This document shows positions 8,794 to 19,655 of a stretch of DNA of 64,000 bases, piece after piece. Positions within the stretch are counted from its first letter, which is position 1. Every line of letters begins with the position of its first letter. A program made the position numbers and the translations under genes. The DNA is from an uncultured virus (IMG/VR IMGVR_UViG_3300029309_000017) (Duplodnaviria > Heunggongvirae > Uroviricota > Caudoviricetes > Crassvirales). Where the stretch lies: the IMG/VR virus record IMGVR_UViG_3300029309_000017; one strand, written 5' to 3'. The notes under the pieces were generated by a model. That model did not search any database. It was not told where the DNA came from and was given only the letters and a program-made list of their open reading frames with translations.

Positions 8794-11700
8794 TATTGAT
8801 TTATTTTACCTTGTTGTTTTAGTTTTCTTATATTTTCCATGTAACTAACCAAAGCTATAGAGTCTGCTATTTCTTTGTTTCGTCTTCTTGTTTCAGCAGC
8901 TTTTTGACCGCGTTTCTTATTCTTTTGTTTTATAGAATCTTCATATCTTATTCTTTCATCATAAGACATATTGTCAAGTTTTTTCTGCTCTTTAATCTTG
9001 TTTTTTCTTCTAGTTTCTGCAGCTTTTTTTATACCTTCTTCTTTTCTCCTAGCTTTAGCTTCTATTTTTATTTGTTCGTGAGACTCGTTTTTAGCCGCGG
9101 CTAAATCCCATGTGTTCCAACCCATTGCAAAAGCTATTCTTTTCCAAGCAGCATTTCTATCATCAAAAGCCGCTTTTATGTTATTCATTTTATTAACTAA
9201 ACGATCTAAAGGTAAATTTGTAAAACCACTTACTAAGTTACCTATAACAGACCACTTGGGACTATCAAGATTATAACCTCTTTCTGCTATAACATCTTTT
9301 TCAAACCTATTAGTTTGTATTGCGCTATATATTTTTCTAGCTTTTGAACCAAGTGGCGGCGAAAGATTAAGTAATTCTATTATAGTATAGGTGTGATCAG
9401 CTAAAAATTCTTTTTCTTCTTGCTTACTATATTGTCTTAATCCGTTTTTTATTGCCGCAATTACAGCACCATATAAACCAGATCCTCTTAGCACGGTATC
9501 TAACATGCCATTTGCAACGTCTGCTTTGTTGTTTTTGTTTTGACATCTTTCTAGCGCTTTACCTTCTTTGCCTTCACACTTATAATCTTCTTCTTCAAAT
9601 GCTAATGCAAATAAAGCTTTTTGCATAGATGTAAATATAAGGTTTTGTATAAACGTATAATAAATTATTTTTGACGTATTTGTTTTCCAGTCACCTCTAC
9701 CGTTAACCAAATCTCTAGCTGCTTTTTTAGTTAATCTCATATACTGCATAGGTGTATTTTGAAAAGCTAATATAAACCTACCAAGTGGACCTGCTTGTTG
9801 TTGAGATATTAAAGAAGGATCAGATGATTGCTGAGCTTCTTCTGAGATCATAGAAAAATCTTCAAAAGCTTTTGCTTCAGCATCAGCTTTAGACATACCT
9901 TGTTTTAAATAGGTATTAACCCTGTTTCTGTACATTGTAGCACCACCAGCTGATATTGCGAAGCTATCTGCTATTTGAGTAGGTAGAAAACCTAATTTTA
10001 ATAAGTATTGAAATACTGCTCTAGCTTTGTTTTTAGCACCTCTAGCTGCGTTAGCAAGTTCAGCTTCGTTTACATTTGTTTTAAGTCCTCTTCTTCTTTC
10101 TCTTAACTTAGGCGAATTAAATATCATAGCAAAGTCAGCCCAATATTGTTTTTGATTTGCAAATGCCACAGCTGCTTTGAATGGATTATTGTCTGTCCAG
10201 TTTATAAAGTTAACAGTTGAAAGCGTTTGTAGTATTGCAGATCTCATATTAAAGAACATGATTGCACCAACAGAGTTATTTAACCAATTAGACCAAGTGT
10301 TAACTAGCCTGTTTTTGCCAAATGTTCTATTAGTACCATTGCTCATTCGATATAAAATATCTTCTAATGCTTCTCTAAAGTTTTCACCGTAAATAGCTTG
10401 TATTTTATTTAAGTTCTTTTGACTAAATATAACTTCAGCGTTTTCTAAAAACTCTTTTATAAACTCTTTTCTTTTAACATTTCTATTTATAGAATCTAAA
10501 TCACCAGCAATACTACTTGTTAACCAGTATTCGCCCGGCTCCATATAGCCTTGTTTTTGGTTTGTAATTAAACCTAGTGTGTCTGCAAATGTTTTTAGTT
10601 CTATATCACCATTAACAATACTGTTTAATTCTTTTAAATCAGCTTTAGATAAACCAGGAATATTATATCCAGATTTATTATATAAATAAACTCTTACAGC
10701 TTGATCGTATGTAAACTCTGTGCCAGGTATAGTTTTGTTTAATTTTTTTCTAACTTCAGGGAACTTTCTTCTTAAGTTTCTATATTGCGTTTGCATGGCT
10801 TGCTTTGCCACCTCATAAGCAGCGATACCTCTAGCATATGGTTTAGCTAAATTATCTTCTATCCACTTTTTTTGTTGCTCACCAAGCTTGCCTTTACCTA
10901 AGAAATCATACATAAGACCCATAAAGTCTTCTGCTGATGGTGGTAAAAAGAATCTAAACCTACCTTTACCAGCACCTCTTATTTTAGCTTTTGCTAAAGA
11001 AAAGTTTTTATTAGCTTCTACACCTGTTGTTTGCTCTAATATAAGATTAAAATCTTTATCTAATTGATTAGACTTTACAAAAGCTTGTTGAACTTTGCCT
11101 TTAACATCTAAAACATTTAAAGCGTCTTGCACTGCTTTTACGTTTTTATAAGCGTCATCAGCAAAATAAAAATCATTATAACCCTCAGCTGCTTTTGCAA
11201 CTATCCAATTTGCTTTTGCTTGAGGCGCACCATTTTCAAGACCTGTTATATTTTGTATTTTTAAATTAATACCTAAACCTTTTAAAAACTTTTGTATTGC
11301 TACAGCAGATGACTGAGGTCTAGCCGTAAGTATAAATACATTTTTATTACCAAATTTATCTACAGCTTTTCTTAATTTTTCAGTTAATGGGCCTGGCTTA
11401 CCGTTTACAACCTTGCTAAACTCAGAAAAATCAAACTTTGCTCCTGCAGCTTCTAACTCACTAGATCTTGCGGCAAACTCAGTAGCACTAAGTTTTCCTT
11501 TCTTGCCATCAGGCATCGTGTAAAGCACTTTAGATGATGATCTAGCAACCGTATCATCGAAATCAAACACAGAAATACCTTTTTTTTCTTTATTTCTAGT
11601 TAAAGCGTTGTCATATGCTTGAGCTTTATTTTGTTGATTTATATAATCATTTATATTTAAATCACTAGTTAATTCGGTTATAAAGTCTATAGCTAGTTTC

Positions 11701-14700
11701 TCTCTTTTTATAAACTCTATAGCTTGTATATTATCTATTGTTGTAAAAGTATTATACTTAGAAGCATCAATAGCTAATCCTCTAAAATCACCAGCTTTAG
11801 AAGTTGTACCCAAAGCATCATCTTGTAATGCTGAAAACAACTCAGCACCAAGAGTTTGATTATAATCTTTTAATACTTTGTCCATTTCTAAACTAGCAAA
11901 TGTTTTTATAGATTCTATTTGACCAGCAAAACTATTACTATTAGGATTTATACCAAGCTTATTTATTCTAGCGGCTGTAGTTAAAGATATTTTAGCCAAC
12001 TCAAGCATTACTTCAGAAGCTGGTGTAACGTGTTCACCTTTAAATCTTAAATGAACTTCTGGACTTGTTTTTGGATTTTTTAATCTTTGCTCTATAAAAT
12101 CTTCTAATGATGTTTCTTGTTTAAACTTAGCTGATTTGCCTTCATATATATTTGTAGATCTATTTACAGCAAACTGAACAGCTTCATCATAGAACACATG
12201 CGTTTCATCTTGTTTCATAGATCCATCTACATACTGTATAAGAGGTAATCTAGTTAATCCTCTTTGAGCTTTAGCGTTACTAGTAGATGATTCTAACCAT
12301 CTTAAAAACCCAGGTGTTAAATCAGGTCTTTTCGCTATAAGCATAGTCGCTTCGTTCATTATATATTTTAAAGCTTCTATGTTTGCAACTTCTGCTTTAG
12401 CTATTCTATCACCAAACTTTTCTTGTATTTGTTTTCTTTTTTGATCAGCGCTTATATCTTTTTTAAGTATAGTAGCTATACTTTTTAATATACCTGTACC
12501 AGCATTAAATATTTCTATATCGCTAGGATTAAAAGGTAATTTCACATTAGAAGCTTGTCCGGCTTTTCCTCTACGCTTTTTACTTAAATAATTATATTTA
12601 CCTGGTTTACCTGTTTTTATTTTTTTATCTGCGCCGTCTAAATAATTGTAGTTTATAGCAAACATATCGTCACCTAATACGGACACAAGCTCAGCTGGTA
12701 ACACATCTATTAAAGCTTCTGAAAAATCAGCAAGTTGTTTCATTGAAACATCTTTACTTTTAGCCGTTATAGTTGATCTATATGTATCTATGTATGGTTT
12801 AAATACAGGTGGTGTATCTGACCACTCTAGTAATGGTGCTTTAAAACCTGTTTTACCTTCATCAAAATAAGTATCTAAACCTATTTCATCAGCTAATAAT
12901 ATAACATCATTAGGTAGTTCAGCTTTATATCTTAAGTATACATCAGAGCTTCCACCGTTTTTAATAGCCACATCCATTAAATCAAATAACATAGCTTGTG
13001 TTTGTTCTGCTGATCTATTAGACTTAGCATTACCTCTTTTTATTTCTCTACTTATTTGTAAAATATCAAGTGAAGCATTTACTATATTATGCTTTTGTTG
13101 ATTTTTGGCTAATTCATTTTGCACTTCAACATCAGCTTCTATTAATTCTAGCCCCATTTCTTCTGCTAGATGTTTAGCTAATGATTCTTTTGCACCTCTT
13201 TTTAACTTTTTTAATACTGGTTTACCATTTATAATTTCAACCTCACCAAAGTTTGATAAAAAGTCTTGATCAGATATATCTGTTTTTCTTCTAGCTAATT
13301 CTATACCAGATGTTCTACCTGTTTCAGCACTTGATTCAAAATCTATTTTTTTACCTTTCCAGTCTGTAGTAAACTTACCATCAACACTTTTTTCTAAAGC
13401 GTTGGGTATTGCTGTGCCTAAATATGTTGTAGTTGCGTTTTCAACTATAGCTTTTTTATTTTTAACTAAAAAATTACTAAGCTTATTATTTTTCAAGCCA
13501 CCCATAGCTTGTTTTATTATAAGATCGTTTAGTTTACCTATATCTTTTTTAAACTCTCTTATCCAAGGTGGTATTGTAACGTTTTTACTTATTTTTTGAT
13601 TTAAAGAAGTTTTAAGTACTCTAACTACTTTAATTACATTGGTTTTAAGTTCTTTTAACGTTACACCAGAAAATAAATTACTATCTTTTAATTTTCTATA
13701 ATTTCTTGGTTTTATAGTTTGTTTTCTATTTTTTGATGTTGTATCAAAATCAACAGACTCTTTACCTAAGTTATAGCTATTTACAATGCCTTGTATTTTA
13801 TTATCAAGCTGACCGTTTATCCACCTGTTAAGTTCTATTTCACCACTATATCTTTCTACTATATCTACAATACCACCAACTTTAATTTCTCTACCAGACT
13901 TACCAGTTTTAGTAGTACCATAAGTTATATCTGCTAATATATTATCTTCAACTTCTTTAAAACCAGGTATGTTATTATATTTTCTTAATCTTTTCTTTAC
14001 CTCATTAGTGTATTCAAAACCTACTAATTGACCTAATCTAGTTTTTTGATCTTTAGTTATATTAGATATGTAATCAACTCTTTGCTCTGCATCCATACCT
14101 TCTATACCCATTATTGTTTCTGTAGAGCTATAAAGATCTTTCGAGCTTTTAGTTGTTGATTTAGTACCTGTTGGTTTAAATAAATCACTTATCTTATCAT
14201 ATAAAGAGTTTTTAGAATTAGCACTATGATTTTTAACTATGTTGAGTACTTCAGACTGTAAATATCTTATTTGATTTATTTGATCTGTAGAGTTATAAAG
14301 ATTTTTATTAGATTTAAAAACTAATCTTTTAATAACAGGTGTATAAAGATTTACAATAGCAGCACCATAACCTTTTTGCTTAGCGTTAAATATTTTTTCT
14401 GTAATTTGCTCTAGCTCAGACTTAGCGCCTATACCATCTACTAAACTACCTTTAAAACCTTTTTTAGCGCCTTTTAATAAACTACCTCTTAAACCACCAG
14501 TAGCCATTTGTTTATTATAGTCTTTTATAAAGTTGTAAACATCTCTACCAGTATCAAATCTAACGTTTTTTATACCAATGTTTTGAAACGCTTGTCTAAT
14601 TACGTCACCAAGTTTTGTAAATATGTTTTCATCAAAAGAAAAATAACCTTGAGTTAAGCCGTCAGAGAAAAAAGTTAACATTTCTTCTGCTCTTACACTA

Positions 14701-17700
14701 TTAGGATCTGATTCATATGCTCGTAAAGAAACATCTAAATAACTACTAGGCGTATAACCTTCTGCAATCATTGTGTCAACATATTGTCTCAAAGAACCAG
14801 CCATAGCTTCAGCAGCTTTAGGATTATTTCTTAATGTTTCATTTAAAGCACCGTGTAGCACTTCGTGTTGAGCAACTGTTACTGCGCCAGCGTCTTCACT
14901 TTTACTTTCATTTATTATTATTTCTTGAGTACCGTCTTTGTATTGTACTATAAAACCATTATCACCTACTCTTTTTACACTTACTTTTTCGTCTTGATCT
15001 TCTTTCTTTTTACCTTTATTTCTTTCAGGTAGCGCTGCGTTTAGCTCGTCTATTTTTTCTTGAACTTTTTGATCCGCACTTTTAGTTACATTACCATCGG
15101 CATCAACATCGTCTTCATATGTATTATAGTTTATTCCAAGCTTATCAGCTGTTTTTCTAGCAGCTTCACTTGTTCTTCTATTTATCTCTTCTAAATTAGT
15201 ATTTACAGCACCTGTAGATATTGCGTTATCTATTTCTTTTATTCTCTCGTTTATACCATTTAAATCATAAGATGTTTCAACATTAACAGTTGTTTCAACA
15301 CCATCTATCATTTCTGTTTGTGTAGTATTAACAGTTGTTGTGCTGCTACCATCTGCGCTAACTCTTTTCTTAGCATCTATTAAAGCTTGTTTTTCCATGT
15401 ACAAATCTATTTCTTGATCTGTAACAAACTCACCACCTAATGATATTGCATTTTTTATATTAGTACCATGTTTTAAAGCTGCTTTAGCTGCGTCTAAGTC
15501 AGCCTTCATTCTAGCCGCTAACTTTTGATTGCCAGCTTTAAGAGCTCTATTATAGAAGTTTTCGTAAAAAGCAACATTGTCTTTAAGCCCATCCATTATG
15601 CCGTCAACATCAGCACGCATGTTTCTATAAACTTGTTTCTTAGTATTTTTATATAGACCTGGAGTAGTAACAGCACTTGTACCACCTGACAATAATACGG
15701 TACCTAAAACAGTTTCAAACTGCGTTTGCATGTTTAAAAACCCAGTGTTGTTAGAATATCCTAACATAATTTTAGAGAAGTCTGTAAGTAATAATTCAGC
15801 TTCTTCTTCACCAATCTCACCTATTAAGTTACTAAAAAACTGGCCTGTAACTTTTTTCATAGCCTCTCTATTGGCTGCGTTTTTTAAATCACCCTTAAAT
15901 GTATCTAACATTATTTTACCAGCGCCAGTGTTGAAAAAATTTCTATCAGGCATTATACTTTGCACGACGGCTGTTGCCAATGAAGCAGAGTTAGCATATA
16001 TAAGTCTTTGACCTTCTGTCATACCCATGTTTACAGCTTCATTATAGTTTTCATGCACTGTACCTAAATAAGCTCTTTCAGCCATACGAATAGTATTGTT
16101 GGTTATACCACCCGTACTATATCTACCGCCTTTAAGTATTTCTCTACCGCCAACAGTTAGTTTTGGCAGTTTAACACCCCAGTCTAATTTACCGTTTTTA
16201 GCAAATACTTTATAGCTATCTTTTAGTTTAGATACATCACCTTTTTTAACAGCAGCTGCTATAGCAAGAGTAAACGGTAGCATATCACTAACCATTTTTG
16301 AAGAGTTTCTCCAATTTATATTAGAAAATTTTTCACCAATTGATTCACCTTCAAATTCAGATCCAAAGTCACTTATACCAAACGTATTTTCTTTATAGTC
16401 TTGTTCAAATCTTCTATCAAAAAAATCAAGCCTAGCTCTTTCGTCGTCTACATCCATTCCGAACAAACCTTCGCCAGTATATAAAAGCAATCTATTAGCC
16501 ATGATTCCAGTACCAACAAAATACTCACCACCAAAATCTCTTATACCTTGTGTGTTCCCTGCGAAAAAATCATAAAAACCAGCATACCAAACGTCATTTT
16601 TTAACGCACTATCTCTCCACTCTTCAAACTCTTTTGTTGTTTCAAAATTTGGATTATTAAAAGCTTTTGTAGCTACATTAAAATCTAATTGACTAGTAAG
16701 AAAAGCTGCTTTGTCTTGTAAGTCATCAAACAACGCCTCGTATTTATCTATATCAGATTGAGTAGGATTTTCAATAGCTTCAGCTTCTGCTTGTAGTTTA
16801 TCAGATTCAAACTCTAATTTTTCATATTCAGAATTTAAAACAGCTATTTTAGCGGTTGATAATATTTCTTCTTTTTCTTCTAGCGTTAATGTAGATCGAT
16901 CCATTCCAAATGTTGATCCTGGTGGTCCTAATGCTTTTTCTATTATCTTTCTATCTGACATGATAATTTTAATGACTTGGTTTCTAACTTTCTCAGCCAT
17001 TTTTTCGTCTTCAGCAAACTTTATTATTTCTTGCTCTTCATCCCCTTGATAACCACCTCTATAAAGATCAAAGCCCTCACTAAAATCATCATCTGTTTTA
17101 GTTATTTCTTTTAATGTTTCTTCTATTACTCTATAATTTCTAGTTTCATAACCTTTAACACCAGGTGCTACGTACTCTGTAACATCACTCATTCTTAATC
17201 TAAAATCATCGCTAACCTTAGTATCATTGGTTTTAAATATTCTATTATAAAGATCTGGGTTTTTTTCTCTTATATATTTACGAACTTTATTACCGCCTTC
17301 AAGAGTTTTTATAATATTCTCTACAGCATAAACATCGTTGTTTCTTAAGTCGTTTAATAATTTATCTATACTTTGAGAGTCTTCTGCAGCTAAATTAATT
17401 GCTCTATCACCTTCAAACTCTGCTTCACTATATAAAGAAGCTCTTTGATCTTCAAGAATATCTTCAAGTTCTTTTACTAAATCATAACTTTCTTCATAAG
17501 ATTCATCAACTTCAAAACGTTTTTTATTAAAATAATATTGCTCTGACTCTCTTATTTTTATAAGTTTATTAATTTCATCTGCTCTTGAAAAAGAAGCCAT
17601 ATCTAGCTCTTCATCATTTTCAGATTCTTCTTCATATTTTTCTTTTAAAAACTTATCAAAATTATCTATGTAACTACCATCTACACCAACACTGGTTCTA

Positions 17701-18395
17701 AAAGCAGGATCAGTAACGCTTTCATATTCTTGCCTAAGTTCTTTTTCTAAGTCCTCATAGCGTTTTTTACCATTAGGATCAAAACCAATAATCTCATCAA
17801 CTGTAGGCATTGCCTTACCAAACTTTTTGTAAAAACCTTCTTCAGTTAACTTTTTTTCAAACTCTTCCTGTTCAAAAAGATTCCTCTTCTCTTCCTCCAT
17901 TATAGTACCCTCTTCAAGCTTCATCTCATAATATCTTGATGGGTTTTGTTTTTCAGGTAACTTGTGAAGTATACGAGTTTTAGGATCATAAGCATGTGTT
18001 CCTGATTTTACAAGTCTGTTTATTGTTTTATTATACTGTGTATTATCAGACCAGTTATAGTTGTTACCTTCTAATAAAGATTTAGACACTATCCAACCAT
18101 TTTCATCAAGGTTTAAACCCATGTATTTATTATCTGTTAAATCAACATCAACAGTGCTAGAATCATAAGCATACCTAGTCGAGTTTGATCCCGAAGAACC
18201 ATCGACCGAATCGGAGACCGTATTCTCTTCCGACCCTACACTTGTCTCCGCATTTGCAGGGTCTGATTGGTTTCCCGCTATAACTTGCGCGGAAAATGAT
18301 TTAGCCCATGTATCTAAATCAAGACCCATTGACTCAGCAGCGTTTACTGCTTCTTCTTCAGTGTATATTTTTTTACCTACTTTATAATCTGGCAT
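8793..18395 (-). CDS. Giant (3200 aa) internal virion / DNA-ejection polyvalent protein
   Basis: Position after tail genes; HEVLH zincin motif; HAD-like FDFDDT...FADD domain; helical C-terminus. Confidence 0.7.
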   Translation of the reverse strand: MPDYKVGKKIYTEEEAVNAAESMGLDLDTWAKSFSAQVIAGNQSDPANAETSVGSEENTVSDSVDGSSGSNSTRYAYDSSTVDVDLTDNKYMGLNLDENGWIVSKSLLEGNNYNWSDNTQYNKTINRLVKSGTHAYDPKTRILHKLPEKQNPSRYYEMKLEEGTIMEEEKRNLFEQEEFEKKLTEEGFYKKFGKAMPTVDEIIGFDPNGKKRYEDLEKELRQEYESVTDPAFRTSVGVDGSYIDNFDKFLKEKYEEESENDEELDMASFSRADEINKLIKIRESEQYYFNKKRFEVDESYEESYDLVKELEDILEDQRASLYSEAEFEGDRAINLAAEDSQSIDKLLNDLRNNDVYAVENIIKTLEGGNKVRKYIREKNPDLYNRIFKTNDTKVSDDFRLRMSDVTEYVAPGVKGYETRNYRVIEETLKEITKTDDDFSEGFDLYRGGYQGDEEQEIIKFAEDEKMAEKVRNQVIKIIMSDRKIIEKALGPPGSTFGMDRSTLTLEEKEEILSTAKIAVLNSEYEKLEFESDKLQAEAEAIENPTQSDIDKYEALFDDLQDKAAFLTSQLDFNVATKAFNNPNFETTKEFEEWRDSALKNDVWYAGFYDFFAGNTQGIRDFGGEYFVGTGIMANRLLLYTGEGLFGMDVDDERARLDFFDRRFEQDYKENTFGISDFGSEFEGESIGEKFSNINWRNSSKMVSDMLPFTLAIAAAVKKGDVSKLKDSYKVFAKNGKLDWGVKLPKLTVGGREILKGGRYSTGGITNNTIRMAERAYLGTVHENYNEAVNMGMTEGQRLIYANSASLATAVVQSIMPDRNFFNTGAGKIMLDTFKGDLKNAANREAMKKVTGQFFSNLIGEIGEEEAELLLTDFSKIMLGYSNNTGFLNMQTQFETVLGTVLLSGGTSAVTTPGLYKNTKKQVYRNMRADVDGIMDGLKDNVAFYENFYNRALKAGNQKLAARMKADLDAAKAALKHGTNIKNAISLGGEFVTDQEIDLYMEKQALIDAKKRVSADGSSTTTVNTTQTEMIDGVETTVNVETSYDLNGINERIKEIDNAISTGAVNTNLEEINRRTSEAARKTADKLGINYNTYEDDVDADGNVTKSADQKVQEKIDELNAALPERNKGKKKEDQDEKVSVKRVGDNGFIVQYKDGTQEIIINESKSEDAGAVTVAQHEVLHGALNETLRNNPKAAEAMAGSLRQYVDTMIAEGYTPSSYLDVSLRAYESDPNSVRAEEMLTFFSDGLTQGYFSFDENIFTKLGDVIRQAFQNIGIKNVRFDTGRDVYNFIKDYNKQMATGGLRGSLLKGAKKGFKGSLVDGIGAKSELEQITEKIFNAKQKGYGAAIVNLYTPVIKRLVFKSNKNLYNSTDQINQIRYLQSEVLNIVKNHSANSKNSLYDKISDLFKPTGTKSTTKSSKDLYSSTETIMGIEGMDAEQRVDYISNITKDQKTRLGQLVGFEYTNEVKKRLRKYNNIPGFKEVEDNILADITYGTTKTGKSGREIKVGGIVDIVERYSGEIELNRWINGQLDNKIQGIVNSYNLGKESVDFDTTSKNRKQTIKPRNYRKLKDSNLFSGVTLKELKTNVIKVVRVLKTSLNQKISKNVTIPPWIREFKKDIGKLNDLIIKQAMGGLKNNKLSNFLVKNKKAIVENATTTYLGTAIPNALEKSVDGKFTTDWKGKKIDFESSAETGRTSGIELARRKTDISDQDFLSNFGEVEIINGKPVLKKLKRGAKESLAKHLAEEMGLELIEADVEVQNELAKNQQKHNIVNASLDILQISREIKRGNAKSNRSAEQTQAMLFDLMDVAIKNGGSSDVYLRYKAELPNDVILLADEIGLDTYFDEGKTGFKAPLLEWSDTPPVFKPYIDTYRSTITAKSKDVSMKQLADFSEALIDVLPAELVSVLGDDMFAINYNYLDGADKKIKTGKPGKYNYLSKKRRGKAGQASNVKLPFNPSDIEIFNAGTGILKSIATILKKDISADQKRKQIQEKFGDRIAKAEVANIEALKYIMNEATMLIAKRPDLTPGFLRWLESSTSNAKAQRGLTRLPLIQYVDGSMKQDETHVFYDEAVQFAVNRSTNIYEGKSAKFKQETSLEDFIEQRLKNPKTSPEVHLRFKGEHVTPASEVMLELAKISLTTAARINKLGINPNSNSFAGQIESIKTFASLEMDKVLKDYNQTLGAELFSALQDDALGTTSKAGDFRGLAIDASKYNTFTTIDNIQAIEFIKREKLAIDFITELTSDLNINDYINQQNKAQAYDNALTRNKEKKGISVFDFDDTVARSSSKVLYTMPDGKKGKLSATEFAARSSELEAAGAKFDFSEFSKVVNGKPGPLTEKLRKAVDKFGNKNVFILTARPQSSAVAIQKFLKGLGINLKIQNITGLENGAPQAKANWIVAKAAEGYNDFYFADDAYKNVKAVQDALNVLDVKGKVQQAFVKSNQLDKDFNLILEQTTGVEANKNFSLAKAKIRGAGKGRFRFFLPPSAEDFMGLMYDFLGKGKLGEQQKKWIEDNLAKPYARGIAAYEVAKQAMQTQYRNLRRKFPEVRKKLNKTIPGTEFTYDQAVRVYLYNKSGYNIPGLSKADLKELNSIVNGDIELKTFADTLGLITNQKQGYMEPGEYWLTSSIAGDLDSINRNVKRKEFIKEFLENAEVIFSQKNLNKIQAIYGENFREALEDILYRMSNGTNRTFGKNRLVNTWSNWLNNSVGAIMFFNMRSAILQTLSTVNFINWTDNNPFKAAVAFANQKQYWADFAMIFNSPKLRERRRGLKTNVNEAELANAARGAKNKARAVFQYLLKLGFLPTQIADSFAISAGGATMYRNRVNTYLKQGMSKADAEAKAFEDFSMISEEAQQSSDPSLISQQQAGPLGRFILAFQNTPMQYMRLTKKAARDLVNGRGDWKTNTSKIIYYTFIQNLIFTSMQKALFALAFEEEDYKCEGKEGKALERCQNKNNKADVANGMLDTVLRGSGLYGAVIAAIKNGLRQYSKQEEKEFLADHTYTIIELLNLSPPLGSKARKIYSAIQTNRFEKDVIAERGYNLDSPKWSVIGNLVSGFTNLPLDRLVNKMNNIKAAFDDRNAAWKRIAFAMGWNTWDLAAAKNESHEQIKIEAKARRKEEGIKKAAETRRKNKIKEQKKLDNMSYDERIRYEDSIKQKNKKRGQKAAETRRRNKEIADSIALVSYMENIRKLKQQGKINQ
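18212..18276 (-). other. Predicted -1 ribosomal frameshift signal (G GGA AAC plus H-type pseudoknot)
   Basis: In-frame heptamer, 6-nt spacer, stem 1 GACCCTGCA/TGTAGGGTC, stem 2 CGGAGAC/GTCTCCG. Confidence 0.7.
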
Positions 18396-18410
18396 AATAT
18401 GCTATTTTAT

Positions 18411-19646
18411 TTAATTAGTACCTAAGTAATCTTTAATATCTTCTATATTATAGAACACAACTTGCGAATCTATTGTTCCATCTTTAACAGCTACTGGTTG
18501 AGTTCCACCAGCGCCGTCATTAATCCATATAACAGATTTACCACCTCTTATACCTTGTACTGACTGACCTTGCTGGCCATTAAATCCTATACTCTCTAAT
18601 CTCTTATTTATTTTAGCAACATCTTGGTCAAATCTTATCATGCTCATTGATTTTGAAGGTGCGTCGTCTTTTACTTTTTGTTTATAAGCTTTACTCGCTA
18701 CAGTACCAAGACTGGTCATGTATACATTGTTGACTAAATACTTTCTTAATAATTCATCGTTTTCAGGTAAAAGAAGATCAATAGGATCACCGTTAACATC
18801 TACTTGCTCGTAAAAATCTTCTCTATCAACTATGGGTATTTCAGAACCTAATACATTATCATAAGCCATAGATAATAAGTCTTCTCTACCCATGTTATTT
18901 ATTATATTATTAAGCTTATAGCTGATGTTTGTTTTATAACCTCCTTTTAGTTCAGCAGCGTTTGTATGAACTGTGTTTGTTAGTTCCATTATACTATTAA
19001 AACCCTCATTGTTTACTAGAAAATAGTTATATTCGGAATCTTTATCTAAGTCTTCAAAAGGTATATACTTACCATCATCAAATATTGTAAAACTACCACC
19101 AGGCCCTATAGTAATATCATAATCATTATTTTTAAATAAAGAATTTAATCTGTCAACATTTCCAGTTTCTCTTGAAGCATCGCTTATAACATTGTTTTTT
19201 TCATCATCGTAAAACTGTTCTCTTTTTTTCTTGAAAACATCTAAGTTAGAACTTAAGTTTTTAAAAGCTAAATTAATTTCATTCATTTTAGAAACAGCTT
19301 TTGCATATTCAGGATCTTGAGCATCTAGTATAGCGGCTTGTTTAGCAGCGGCTGCATACTCGTTTCTTTTAGTTATTAAAAACTGATTTACTTCGTCTCT
19401 CATAGATTCTTCAACTTTGTTTATAGGCACGTCACCCATGTTGTTTACAAAATTTGTAAGTTCTATTTGATTTTGTCTTTTTTTGTATTCATTTTGTCTT
19501 CTAGCCATCATTGCAGCTTGACTAGGTTGACCAACACCAGCAGCAAAACCAGCCATAGGGTTTATAAAACCACCTTGTTGATTACCACTTGTCATAGCTG
19601 CTCCTTTTATTAAAGCGTTGTTTTGTTTTATTGGTGAATTTTCCAT
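18411..19646 (-). CDS. Internal virion / ejection protein
   Basis: Position; helical; N-terminal SPIKQ motif. Confidence 0.6.
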   Translation of the reverse strand: MENSPIKQNNALIKGAAMTSGNQQGGFINPMAGFAAGVGQPSQAAMMARRQNEYKKRQNQIELTNFVNNMGDVPINKVEESMRDEVNQFLITKRNEYAAAAKQAAILDAQDPEYAKAVSKMNEINLAFKNLSSNLDVFKKKREQFYDDEKNNVISDASRETGNVDRLNSLFKNNDYDITIGPGGSFTIFDDGKYIPFEDLDKDSEYNYFLVNNEGFNSIMELTNTVHTNAAELKGGYKTNISYKLNNIINNMGREDLLSMAYDNVLGSEIPIVDREDFYEQVDVNGDPIDLLLPENDELLRKYLVNNVYMTSLGTVASKAYKQKVKDDAPSKSMSMIRFDQDVAKINKRLESIGFNGQQGQSVQGIRGGKSVIWINDGAGGTQPVAVKDGTIDSQVVFYNIEDIKDYLGTN

Positions 19647-19655
19647 TTTTATTTT

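Noticed and set aside
8793..18395. Giant protein as a crAss-like virion RNA polymerase
   Set aside because: No convincing DxDxD catalytic motif in an RNAP context was seen; DFDDT fits a HAD motif I.
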